A DNA stretch of 40,005 nucleotides from a virus. Positions within the stretch are counted from its first letter, which is position 1. Every line of letters starts with the position of its first letter. Below are positions 1 through 7,347 of this stretch, in pieces. A model generated the notes under the pieces. That model saw only the letters and a program-made list of their open reading frames with translations. It did not search any database and was not told the origin of the DNA. The DNA is taken from IMG/VR virus record IMGVR_UViG_3300031539_000118; one strand, written 5' to 3'. Both the position numbers and the translations under genes were made by a program.

Positions 1-105
1 ATCCTTTATACAAAGATGTAGACAAAGAGATTAACAATATCGCTAAAGGGGTGCGGGGTGCGTTAAGTCATATCAAACAACTAGATAAGTGATTGAAAGA
101 ATCTT

Positions 106-324
106 ATGCTGACTATCGAAATCAAAGGTCAAGGCAACAACGGGTCTTTGGCAGTTTTGCTAGAATATCTTCTGATGACCCACGGCTACCAAGTACACCG
201 AGGTCATGTGTACACCGACGGTTTGACTGAAATGCAAAGAGCCCAAATTTTGCAAAGGATGATTCACAATAAGAAGACCACGCACGAAGAGCTTAAAGAA
301 GTTTTACTGGACGTGGTACTTTAA
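106..324 (+). CDS. hypothetical protein (72 aa)
   Basis: Six-frame ORF track only; no recognisable motif. Confidence 0.3.
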   Translation: MLTIEIKGQGNNGSLAVLLEYLLMTHGYQVHRGHVYTDGLTEMQRAQILQRMIHNKKTTHEELKEVLLDVVL

Positions 325-412
325 GCTATTCTATATTAGTTTTTTAAAAATCTTTTTGATTTGTTATTTGGGCTGTCGCCCCGATCGCAATCAATTTTCT
401 AGGGGACGCTTT

Positions 413-1102
413 ATGAATTTATTTTTATTGGGGTTGATCAGTTTGCTGATCGTTTCTTGCGGGGAAGACAAGCTTAGCATCAAAAAGACCCAAGGCCCTA
501 AAGGTGAAGTGGGGGCCGCAGGCGAAACTGGCTCTAAAGGTGAAGTGGGGGCCGGGGAACCGGGCGTTAAAGGCGAGGTGGGCTCGGTAGGCCCTGTAGG
601 GGAAAAAGGTCCTATAGGCTTACAAGGTCCGATTGGTCCGATTGGATCACAAGGCTTAGTAGGTCCGGTTGGTCCTAGGGGAGCTACTGGCGCTACCGGG
701 GCAGGGGAACGTGGTCCTGTAGGCCCAGCAGGCGAAAAAGGTGATGTAGGTCAAGCTGGAATCCAAGGCCCGGTAGGCGAAACTGGCGCGGCTGGCCCTT
801 CGGGAGCCCAAGGCCCTATCGGCGACAATGGTAGCCATGGCGAAAAAGGCGATCAGGGCGAAAGAGGCCCAGCAGGTAATGATGGACAAGGTTGTGAAAT
901 CACTGATGAAGGTAACATCAGATGCGACGGCCAGGTTATCGTAATTCCTAAATTCGTAGAACGAACGGACACTTTTTGTGTGTACAATAATCATAGCGAT
1001 AGATGGTATTCTAAAGTAATAACATACTACACTAAAGGTGGTGACCAAGGAGATATCATCCCTGACCTCGCTGGTAGTGACATCCATCATCTATGCCGTT
1101 AA
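413..1102 (+). CDS. collagen-like triple-helix repeat lipoprotein
   Basis: About 45 uninterrupted G-X-Y triplets (GPKGEVGAAGETGSKGEVG...GPAGNDGQG). N-terminus MNLFLLGLISLLIVSC is a signal peptide with lipobox (LIVSC). AGGGG RBS 7 nt upstream of ATG at 413; the upstream in-frame ATG at 356 lacks an RBS. Cys-containing C-terminal non-collagen domain. Confidence 0.7.
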   Translation: MNLFLLGLISLLIVSCGEDKLSIKKTQGPKGEVGAAGETGSKGEVGAGEPGVKGEVGSVGPVGEKGPIGLQGPIGPIGSQGLVGPVGPRGATGATGAGERGPVGPAGEKGDVGQAGIQGPVGETGAAGPSGAQGPIGDNGSHGEKGDQGERGPAGNDGQGCEITDEGNIRCDGQVIVIPKFVERTDTFCVYNNHSDRWYSKVITYYTKGGDQGDIIPDLAGSDIHHLCR

Positions 1103-1116
1103 GAAAGGTTTTCACA

Positions 1117-1596
1117 ATGAATTATCTAGTTTTGAGTGTGTTATTGCTATTGGGTACTGCTATTTCGGCAGCCCCCGCAGAAGAAGACTTGGAAGGGATC
1201 GAAGCGAAAGAAGCTCCGCCTGTTTTTTTGGAAGGGGCTACTTATCAAGTTATGATGAAAGACGGCACCGTGTTCAACGCTACCGCGAAGGATTTTAAGT
1301 TGGTGCCTAGGGTCAAACGAAAACCACCACGCATTAGAGTTATCTCCAAGATTGTCGAAAAGGTTGTAGAAAAAGAGACCTTCAGCCGCTACCAACTTTC
1401 TTTTTACGCGGGGTCGGGGCCTACGGATCTAAAGTTTGAAGACGGGGTGGAAGAAGCATCCGCTGTTTCATCCAAGGATGCTGTTTTAGGCATCGGGCTT
1501 GGGATGAATTACAATGCGGATTGGGGTTTGCAAGGATTGCTTTTGACCAACGAAACCGTGATGCTCGGAGTTCACGTAAATTTCGGCCAGAAATAA
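1117..1596 (+). CDS. secreted hypothetical protein
   Basis: Track ORF 1093..1596; start at 1117 gives classic signal peptide MNYLVLSVLLLLGTAISAAP. No catalytic motif recognised. Confidence 0.5.
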   Translation: MNYLVLSVLLLLGTAISAAPAEEDLEGIEAKEAPPVFLEGATYQVMMKDGTVFNATAKDFKLVPRVKRKPPRIRVISKIVEKVVEKETFSRYQLSFYAGSGPTDLKFEDGVEEASAVSSKDAVLGIGLGMNYNADWGLQGLLLTNETVMLGVHVNFGQK

Positions 1597-1725
1597 ATGA
1601 AAGAGCAGGGCCTGGGCAAATTTGTCTGTACAACTTGCAAACGCAAGTTTAAAGCCAAACCAGGCCCCCACGTCAATTGCCCCTTTTGCGGATCGAAGTA
1701 TGTCAAATGGGCAAGCTTTCCGTAA
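1597..1725 (+). CDS. small zinc-ribbon protein (42 aa)
   Basis: Below the 60-aa track cutoff. ATG immediately follows the TAA of the upstream gene (TAAATG coupling). Translation MKEQGLGKFVCTTCKRKFKAKPGPHVNCPFCGSKYVKWASFP carries a CxxC...CxxC zinc-ribbon signature. Confidence 0.4.
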   Translation: MKEQGLGKFVCTTCKRKFKAKPGPHVNCPFCGSKYVKWASFP

Positions 1726-1737
1726 ACTTCCGCCCCA

Positions 1738-1992
1738 TCAAGCCCTAGCCTTTTCTAAAGCGTCACGCCAAGACGGCCCTTCACCCTTGATGATTGTCGC
1801 CTTGGGCAAAATCCCAGAAGGTTCGGTGTACACACCAACTTCATAGTGCCAATGCGGAATCGCACCTGCGCCAGGGCCGGAACACCCTTTATGTTTGCAC
1901 CCAACTTTTAGACAGCGATAGGATTCCAAATGGAAATTTTCGCCCCACCTAGCTTCAGCTTCTTTGATAGCTTGTCGTCGTCTCATTTTCAT
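1738..1992 (-). CDS. hypothetical Cys/His-rich protein (84 aa)
   Basis: ORF track; convergent with the small ORF ending 1725; CxxxxCxHxGC motif. Confidence 0.3.
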   Translation of the reverse strand: MKMRRRQAIKEAEARWGENFHLESYRCLKVGCKHKGCSGPGAGAIPHWHYEVGVYTEPSGILPKATIIKGEGPSWRDALEKARA

Positions 1993-2091
1993 TTCAAGAT
2001 CCTTTATTTTGACATTGAAAATCGTGTCTTCGTGCAGTACGATTTCAATGACCTTTTGTCAAGTAAGAGAATAGTGGTACAGGAGATTTTT

Positions 2092-2586
2092 TTGTCGAAG
2101 AATATAGACCATATAGTCATCACGACTGTTGACGGATTTTTAAATTGTGTGCATTGCGGAGACCGTTACGACCATCAAAAAGCTTTACCCGCGTCGATAA
2201 ATATGAGTATCGCAATCATCAACCAATTTAAAGAAGATCACATCGATTGCAAACTTTCGGAAGAAGGCACCGAATTAGCCAAGGATAATTTTATAGCTTT
2301 TGAAAATGCCAGAATCAAATTCACCGCTACCCGCGCCCAATTATATACGATGTTAGTAACGGTCGCTTCTCGACGCGGGTCGAAGTTCACCCAAGAAGAA
2401 TTTGACGACAAAGCAGACCGGTTGCTGAGGAAGAATCCTCAAGGTTGTTCCGCGAAATCTTGGTTCCCCGCATTAAACTTTTCGATTCACACACTCGAAG
2501 ACATTGAAGATGGTTACTACATATTCAAACAAGACTACACAAGACTTAAGGACTTACTCGTGACGAACGGAGCTAAAATTCTATGA
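2092..2586 (+). CDS. hypothetical protein
   Basis: Track ORF 1930..2586. A TTG at 2092 preceded by AGGAG (2081..2085, spacer 6) avoids overlap with the minus-strand ORF. The in-frame ATG at 1930 is an alternative start. Confidence 0.35.
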   Translation: MSKNIDHIVITTVDGFLNCVHCGDRYDHQKALPASINMSIAIINQFKEDHIDCKLSEEGTELAKDNFIAFENARIKFTATRAQLYTMLVTVASRRGSKFTQEEFDDKADRLLRKNPQGCSAKSWFPALNFSIHTLEDIEDGYYIFKQDYTRLKDLLVTNGAKIL

Positions 2587-2789
2587 GACCAGAAGAAGCT
2601 AAAGAGGCTATAGCGAAAGCGAACGCCCCCACGACTACCCCTTCAAACGATCTTTCAGCAAACTTTACCAACCATCGGCGGTCTTGCCCAAAGTGCAGTA
2701 CCGCGACAGGTTCCAAGAGTCTTTGCTCGGCAGGCTTAAGTATGTTCGAACACCTTAATGGCAGACCACCTAAAAATTTAATTCGGTAG
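2583..2789 (+). CDS. hypothetical small protein (68 aa)
   Basis: ATGA overlap with the upstream stop; CPKC motif. Confidence 0.3.
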   Translation: MRPEEAKEAIAKANAPTTTPSNDLSANFTNHRRSCPKCSTATGSKSLCSAGLSMFEHLNGRPPKNLIR

Positions 2790-2976
2790 GCATTTCGGTG
2801 GGCAAGCAATCGTCCGACCCACAAGCGGGAAATTCGGGAAATTCGGGAAATTCTTGATCTTGTCTTAATTCAGCTTCGGCATTTTCAATATCTTCAATTT
2901 CGTCGAGACAAGAATGACCGTGGGCGTACCACCCAAACCATCCGCTTGCCGCTATGATCAAGAACAGCTCTATCAT
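2770..2976 (-). CDS. hypothetical small membrane protein
   Basis: Hydrophobic N-terminus MIELFLIIAASGWFGWYA. Contains a 9-nt tandem DNA repeat GGGAAATTC x3 (2822..2848) that encodes EFPEFPEFP. Confidence 0.3.
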   Translation of the reverse strand: MIELFLIIAASGWFGWYAHGHSCLDEIEDIENAEAELRQDQEFPEFPEFPACGSDDCLPTEMPTELNF

Positions 2977-3042
2977 TTAAAAAATCCCTTCGTAGTGTTG
3001 ATTACGCAGGCTAACACGTCTACATCCACGTAGACAACATCC

Positions 3043-3252
3043 TTATCGAAATCGGTCCTCACCTTTCTTAAAACATTCAATCATAGCCCTAGCAGACTCC
3101 AGGGTACTTTGTTCGGTGTTGCTAGCTTGGATAAGATGCCTACCACCGGAATTTGTTCTGATGTACACAACCATTTGATCCGCCCGCTTAACCAGATCCG
3201 CAATCTCCGAATACAACTTTTCGGCTGGTGATTTCAAATTATTCATTTTCAT
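3043..3252 (-). CDS. hypothetical protein (69 aa)
   Basis: Track ORF 3043..3384 trimmed to the internal MKMNN start. This avoids a long overlap with the upstream lipoprotein gene. Confidence 0.3.
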   Translation of the reverse strand: MKMNNLKSPAEKLYSEIADLVKRADQMVVYIRTNSGGRHLIQASNTEQSTLESARAMIECFKKGEDRFR

Positions 3253-3427
3253 CCCCTTCAAAAAAAGACCAATCCGGCTTTCCGTTTTTGTAAGGCATGT
3301 CTTCCGAACCTTCACACTTTCCTGACGCCACCCCATGCAAAAAAAGCTTGCCGTCCAAACAAACCTTTTTGGGGGTCGTCGCACAAGAACTAACTAAGCC
3401 GACTATCAAAATCACGATCCTTGTCAT
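3239..3427 (-). CDS. small lipoprotein
   Basis: Track ORF 3239..3523 trimmed to M at 3427. MTRIVILIVGLVSSC is a signal peptide with lipobox. Confidence 0.35.
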   Translation of the reverse strand: MTRIVILIVGLVSSCATTPKKVCLDGKLFLHGVASGKCEGSEDMPYKNGKPDWSFFEGDENE

Positions 3428-3562
3428 TGTAAATATCCACTTATTTGGTTTATCCAAAATCGAGGGATCATACAACATCGGATAGTAGACTTCTACTGCT
3501 TTTAATGCTATTTGGTGTGCCATAGCCCAAGGGCTTTTGATTAAGAATGAAGGGGTAACATA

Positions 3563-3790
3563 TTGGATTTAATGGATATTCTCAAGGGTCATATGAATAA
3601 CAATGCAAATCCCTTCAAGGCGGTTTGTATACTAAGCGATCAGCCCGATCTGGATGAGCGTTTTGTATTTTTTGAAAAACGCAGGAGTGATTTCCAAAAG
3701 CGAAAGGAAGCTCTTGATGAAGAATATCGTGAGATGAACAAAGTCTTCTGGGGGATGTCGAATCCACCCTTGTTGCACGAAGTTTGCTAA
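3563..3790 (+). CDS. hypothetical protein (75 aa)
   Basis: ORF track only. Confidence 0.3.
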   Translation: MDLMDILKGHMNNNANPFKAVCILSDQPDLDERFVFFEKRRSDFQKRKEALDEEYREMNKVFWGMSNPPLLHEVC

Positions 3791-3886
3791 CCCAAAAAGA
3801 AGTCGATAGTAGCATAAATCTTCGGCTAACCGACGGGGTGATTTTCAAAGAACAAAAGGAAAAGGAATAAAAGGAATAAAAGGAAT

Positions 3887-3962
3887 TGGCCACCCCTGCC
3901 AGATTCGAACTGGCGTTGACGGTTCGAAAAACCGCAGTCCTGGGCCACTAGACGAAGGGGTG
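3887..3962 (-). tRNA. tRNA-Glu (anticodon UUC), CCA encoded
   Basis: Reverse complement folds canonically. Acceptor stem CACCCCT/AGGGGTG is 7 bp. D arm GTCT/GGAC. Anticodon stem GCGGT/ACCGT with loop TTTTCGA, anticodon TTC. T arm GCCAG-TTCGAAT-CTGGC. Discriminator G plus CCA. Confidence 0.7.
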
Positions 3963-4138
3963 GTAAGTTGGCTGAAAAGCGTGGAGTCAAACCACGAACT
4001 ACTACGTGTACACGCCGCAATTGTCTCACGACCTTTTCAAGAGACGGCTGTAGAATTTGAATCTACGATCGCTCGCTTAACAGGCGAGGGCTTTAACCAG
4101 GCTAAGCTAAGCCGTCTTAATTTCCTAAAGGCAAACGC

Positions 4139-4171
4139 AAAAAAGCCCCGGTTCTTTCGATCCAGGGCTTT
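4139..4171 (-). terminator. intrinsic terminator-like hairpin (minus-strand orientation)
   Basis: Arms AAAGCCCCGG / CCAGGGCTTT form about 9 bp with one C.A mismatch, loop 10 nt. On the minus strand the hairpin is followed by TTTTTTGCGTTTG. Confidence 0.4.
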
Positions 4172-4336
4172 GAGTGTATATTTCACACAACGTCAAAAGC
4201 CTGGATACCTTTTAGGCTCCGGGTTATTTTCATTAACGTTGTTATTTAAGCTACACAAAATCGTTCGCCTTCTTATTAGGAAATTCTAAGGTAACACGGC
4301 AAGCTTCTTTTGTGCAAGATTTTTCTATTTGCTTAT

Positions 4337-4372
4337 CTCATCGCCTTGCTCATCGCCTTGCTCATCGCCTTG
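4337..4372 (+). repeat. 12-nt direct repeat CTCATCGCCTTG x3 (iteron-like)
   Basis: Three perfect tandem copies about 60 nt upstream of the RBS/ATG of the 527-aa gene. Confidence 0.8.
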
Positions 4373-4431
4373 CTTATTTGTTTTTCTTCGAACCCGCTTA
4401 TGCTATATCTTACACAATATGGAGGTGTGCG

Positions 4432-6015
4432 ATGTTGATAGATCATTTACGTTTGGTATCGAATCAAGGCGTTTTAGACAAGCTTAAGGGTTACAACCTT
4501 AACGGTATAAATTACTCTGAGTTTACCTTGCGTGAATTCGTCAAAAAGCTTCGCCCTGAGAATTTGATATTGTTTGATCGGGACACCGCCACCCCAGAAG
4601 ACATTAAGATTATCCAAGATCTTTACGAATACGGAGCCAAACATGTAGTCGCACACTACAATTTTGATTGGCCGCCAAGTACGTGGAAAAAACGTTTGGG
4701 TTTTAAGTTCAGGATGTTTTGTGATGTGTGCGGTAATTCAAATGTTTTCGCGCCTTTTCCGATGGTGGATTACCAGGACAACATGCACAAGGCTTTACGT
4801 AACTTTCCTTACGAATATCTTTGCGAAGCTACCAAGCACGCTATCGACATCTACCACTTTTTCATGGAAATAGTGAATGACCTTGACGCCACAAGAGAGC
4901 ATCTCAGGGATTACCCATTTTGCGCGACGTGCTTTTGGCAAGAAGAACCGGACCTGCGCCACGCTTACAAAAAAGCGTTGGTGAAGCGTAAAGAGAAGGA
5001 ACTAGCGGAGCAACAAAAGGAAGCACAGCACATAAAAACTTGCCTGGGTTTGTTGAACCAGTACCAAAACGCTTACACCCATTTAGATGCTTATCCCGCT
5101 ACTATGATCACTATCTTGAAAATGGTGATAGGTTCGGCTAACCGGTACGGTTTGTTGTGCCCTAAGTCTGCTACGATGAAACCTTTGGTAACGATAAAGG
5201 CTCGGATCGAAGCTACCGAGTATGCGTTCATCTTGCTTAGGTTGCGGCTGCTGGTGGACTCCGGGGTGTTATCTGTTGAGAGTCCTTTACCGGATACCTT
5301 CGCTAACACCAAGGTGGAGGTGAACCAAACCTCAGGGAATTACCTCGTAGATCACGACGGAGTTTACGAAGGGTTGTCTTGTAGGTACCACAACAAAAAT
5401 CCAAATTTCCCGATAACCGATAAGACCCTATCCAAGTTTATTTTAGATTTTGATTCGGTCTTGGCGTACCAAGGAGCGGCCCGGTACTCCGAAGTCTTTG
5501 ATGTTTTGGATTCCGAATTATTTAACGATGTAAGAGCTTTTGTATTAGCTAAGACGAAAGAGGTCGGGTTAACTTTTGATTTGAATCCTAAGAATGTCGA
5601 AGCGCTCGAACACTTACATAAAAATTATGGGGTGGTCCAGGCTTTTTCAATCGTAGTTTACGTTTTAAGATCCGCCGCCTACGACATCCTTAGGAAAGAA
5701 TACACCAAAGACCAAATCGAAAAGCGGCTGGCCAGCATGTTCATCCAATACGGCCAAGAATGTAAGCGCAGCAAAACAGGGCCTTTGAACAAAGATATTT
5801 TAGACAAGCACTTTTCGTTGTCTGATCTGTCCCCGTCGCCCCGTAGCTATTTGGTGGATGTCTTAGGATTTACGGCTGGTGAACTATACACCCAACCCCT
5901 AAGCCTTGAGGAGATGAAAAAAGCTTATGCTCTGCATGGGTCGGTAAAAGCGCCACTTCCCAATTTGAAAGTAGGGGAAGGGGACTTACTTTTGTTCCCT
6001 ACGTTTGAAAGCTGA
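4432..6015 (+). CDS. hypothetical protein (527 aa)
   Basis: Track ORF 4312..6015. GGAGG at 4421..4425 sits 6 nt before ATG 4432 (MLIDHLRLV...). The upstream extension merely translates the 12-nt repeats (HRLAHRLAHRLA). Several Cys pairs (CDVCGNS, CATCF); no known domain recognised. Confidence 0.6.
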   Translation: MLIDHLRLVSNQGVLDKLKGYNLNGINYSEFTLREFVKKLRPENLILFDRDTATPEDIKIIQDLYEYGAKHVVAHYNFDWPPSTWKKRLGFKFRMFCDVCGNSNVFAPFPMVDYQDNMHKALRNFPYEYLCEATKHAIDIYHFFMEIVNDLDATREHLRDYPFCATCFWQEEPDLRHAYKKALVKRKEKELAEQQKEAQHIKTCLGLLNQYQNAYTHLDAYPATMITILKMVIGSANRYGLLCPKSATMKPLVTIKARIEATEYAFILLRLRLLVDSGVLSVESPLPDTFANTKVEVNQTSGNYLVDHDGVYEGLSCRYHNKNPNFPITDKTLSKFILDFDSVLAYQGAARYSEVFDVLDSELFNDVRAFVLAKTKEVGLTFDLNPKNVEALEHLHKNYGVVQAFSIVVYVLRSAAYDILRKEYTKDQIEKRLASMFIQYGQECKRSKTGPLNKDILDKHFSLSDLSPSPRSYLVDVLGFTAGELYTQPLSLEEMKKAYALHGSVKAPLPNLKVGEGDLLLFPTFES

Positions 6016-6017
6016 AT

Positions 6018-6353
6018 ATGTTTCACAGAGAACATAATAAGATCCGCTTAGCTACTTCCTATTTGGTGCTTCACTTAGAAGCCAAAGGGTTGTACTTCCC
6101 CGATGAATCCCAATGGGGGGAAGCGGCTTCGACTTACCAATGGATCTACAGCGCCTTAACTATATTGATGACTGATATTGTGAAGAAGGTGTTCAAGGGA
6201 AAATTTCCGGGGATGCGCGTAGCCCAAACGATCTTTTCCCAAGCTCACCCTTACTTTGCTTTTGTCTTACACGATGAAATGGGTCATGACGATTTTTGTA
6301 TGACCTATCACTTTGTAAGAGCTACTTGGGATGTTCGGTACACCGAGCCTTAA
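6018..6353 (+). CDS. hypothetical protein (111 aa)
   Basis: Starts 2 nt after the upstream stop (coupled). Confidence 0.45.
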   Translation: MFHREHNKIRLATSYLVLHLEAKGLYFPDESQWGEAASTYQWIYSALTILMTDIVKKVFKGKFPGMRVAQTIFSQAHPYFAFVLHDEMGHDDFCMTYHFVRATWDVRYTEP

Positions 6354-6406
6354 TTTTTCGGCCCACATTAACTTCTAAGTACACCACTAGCAATTTCGGA
6401 GGTCTT

Positions 6407-6697
6407 ATGAGCACGAACTGCGAACTGCACGGTTTATCGTCTTTGATCCAATTTGAAGGTAAAATGGTATGTCGGGAATGTATCGCTGAATACGAACTAA
6501 ATCTTAAAGATTTAGAAAAGATTGGTCACGATACCATCTTACAAATTCACGAGGCGGTGGGCCGGGGTATCAAGGCACGCTTAGACGATCCCGAAGCTTT
6601 TGATCGGCTGAAGGTAGCTACCAAAACTGGCTTGGATGTCGTCGCCACCTACAACAAGATCGTCGATGACGTTTGCGAAAAAGTCAAAATGAATTGA
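6407..6697 (+). CDS. hypothetical protein (96 aa)
   Basis: Track ORF 6296..6697 trimmed to ATG 6407, which is preceded by GGAGG (6398..6402). Confidence 0.4.
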   Translation: MSTNCELHGLSSLIQFEGKMVCRECIAEYELNLKDLEKIGHDTILQIHEAVGRGIKARLDDPEAFDRLKVATKTGLDVVATYNKIVDDVCEKVKMN

Positions 6698-6756
6698 TAG
6701 CGATTAGTTATACAATCTTTCGACCCTTTAGGTACAAACTAAAATAGAATCCGTGT

Positions 6757-7347
6757 TCATCCTTTTCGGTCTTGAGCTTTGATTTTGCCGATCAAGCTTG
6801 CGAGATCCACGGTGCCGAACTCCGGTATTTGGTAATTGGCAAACAATTGTAGATATTCTGTTGCCTTGGTACCGTTGCCATCTTGTACCGTTTTACCACT
6901 CACCCATTGTTGCCAACCTCCTCGACCAACCAAGTGCAAAACAGCTAAGGCACCGCTCAACGTGACCCGTGTGCCGTGTAGTTCTTTATCCAATAGCCAC
7001 TTATATTTCTTAAGCAACCATTTTTTGTGATCGTTAAGATGGCGATTGAATATCTCTTCTTGTAAGGCTTGGCTGGTTAGAAAAAGTTCTTTGCTAAAAG
7101 GTTCGCGCCACTCAAAAGCAGCGTTGTGCCAACCCTTGGTACCTACCCGCCTGGCGCAAAGACCAAAGTCGGTGAGACGGGCTAAGCCGAATTGGTACTT
7201 CCCCAAATAACCAAACTGATTTACCACACCGTAGTCACAAGAACTTTCCCGTTTGGCCAGGGTCTCTGCAAATTGTGGCCAAGGTATCGCACCACTATTT
7301 GGGCCGGTCGGTTTGAAAAATGCTTCTATCCGTTTAACGATTTCCAT
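6757..7347 (-). CDS. putative lysozyme-like peptidoglycan hydrolase (lytic transglycosylase-like)
   Basis: Motifs E-S-x-C-D-x-G-V-x-N-x-x-GYLGKYQFG and ALAVLHLVGRGG resemble the catalytic Glu-Ser and G-L-M-Q region of SLT/lysozyme-like folds. Overlaps the upstream gene by 14 nt (operon). Assignment by eye only. Confidence 0.35.
   Translation of the reverse strand: MEIVKRIEAFFKPTGPNSGAIPWPQFAETLAKRESSCDYGVVNQFGYLGKYQFGLARLTDFGLCARRVGTKGWHNAAFEWREPFSKELFLTSQALQEEIFNRHLNDHKKWLLKKYKWLLDKELHGTRVTLSGALAVLHLVGRGGWQQWVSGKTVQDGNGTKATEYLQLFANYQIPEFGTVDLASLIGKIKAQDRKG

Noticed and set aside
656-1090. 144-aa minus-strand ORF
   Set aside because: Antisense to the collagen-like gene. It stays open only because the GXY-encoding repeat lacks stops on the opposite strand.
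1622-1846. 74-aa plus-strand ORF
   Set aside because: Out of frame with, and overlapping, the better-supported zinc-ribbon small ORF and the convergent minus ORF.
2822-2848. Possible CRISPR-like short repeats (9-nt GGGAAATTC x3; also 12-nt x3 at 4337..4372)
   Set aside because: Units are directly tandem with no spacers and are far too short, so these are not CRISPR arrays.
3960-4289. 109-aa plus-strand ORF
   Set aside because: Starts inside the minus-strand tRNA-Glu and runs through a hairpin-rich, RBS-less region; most likely non-coding.
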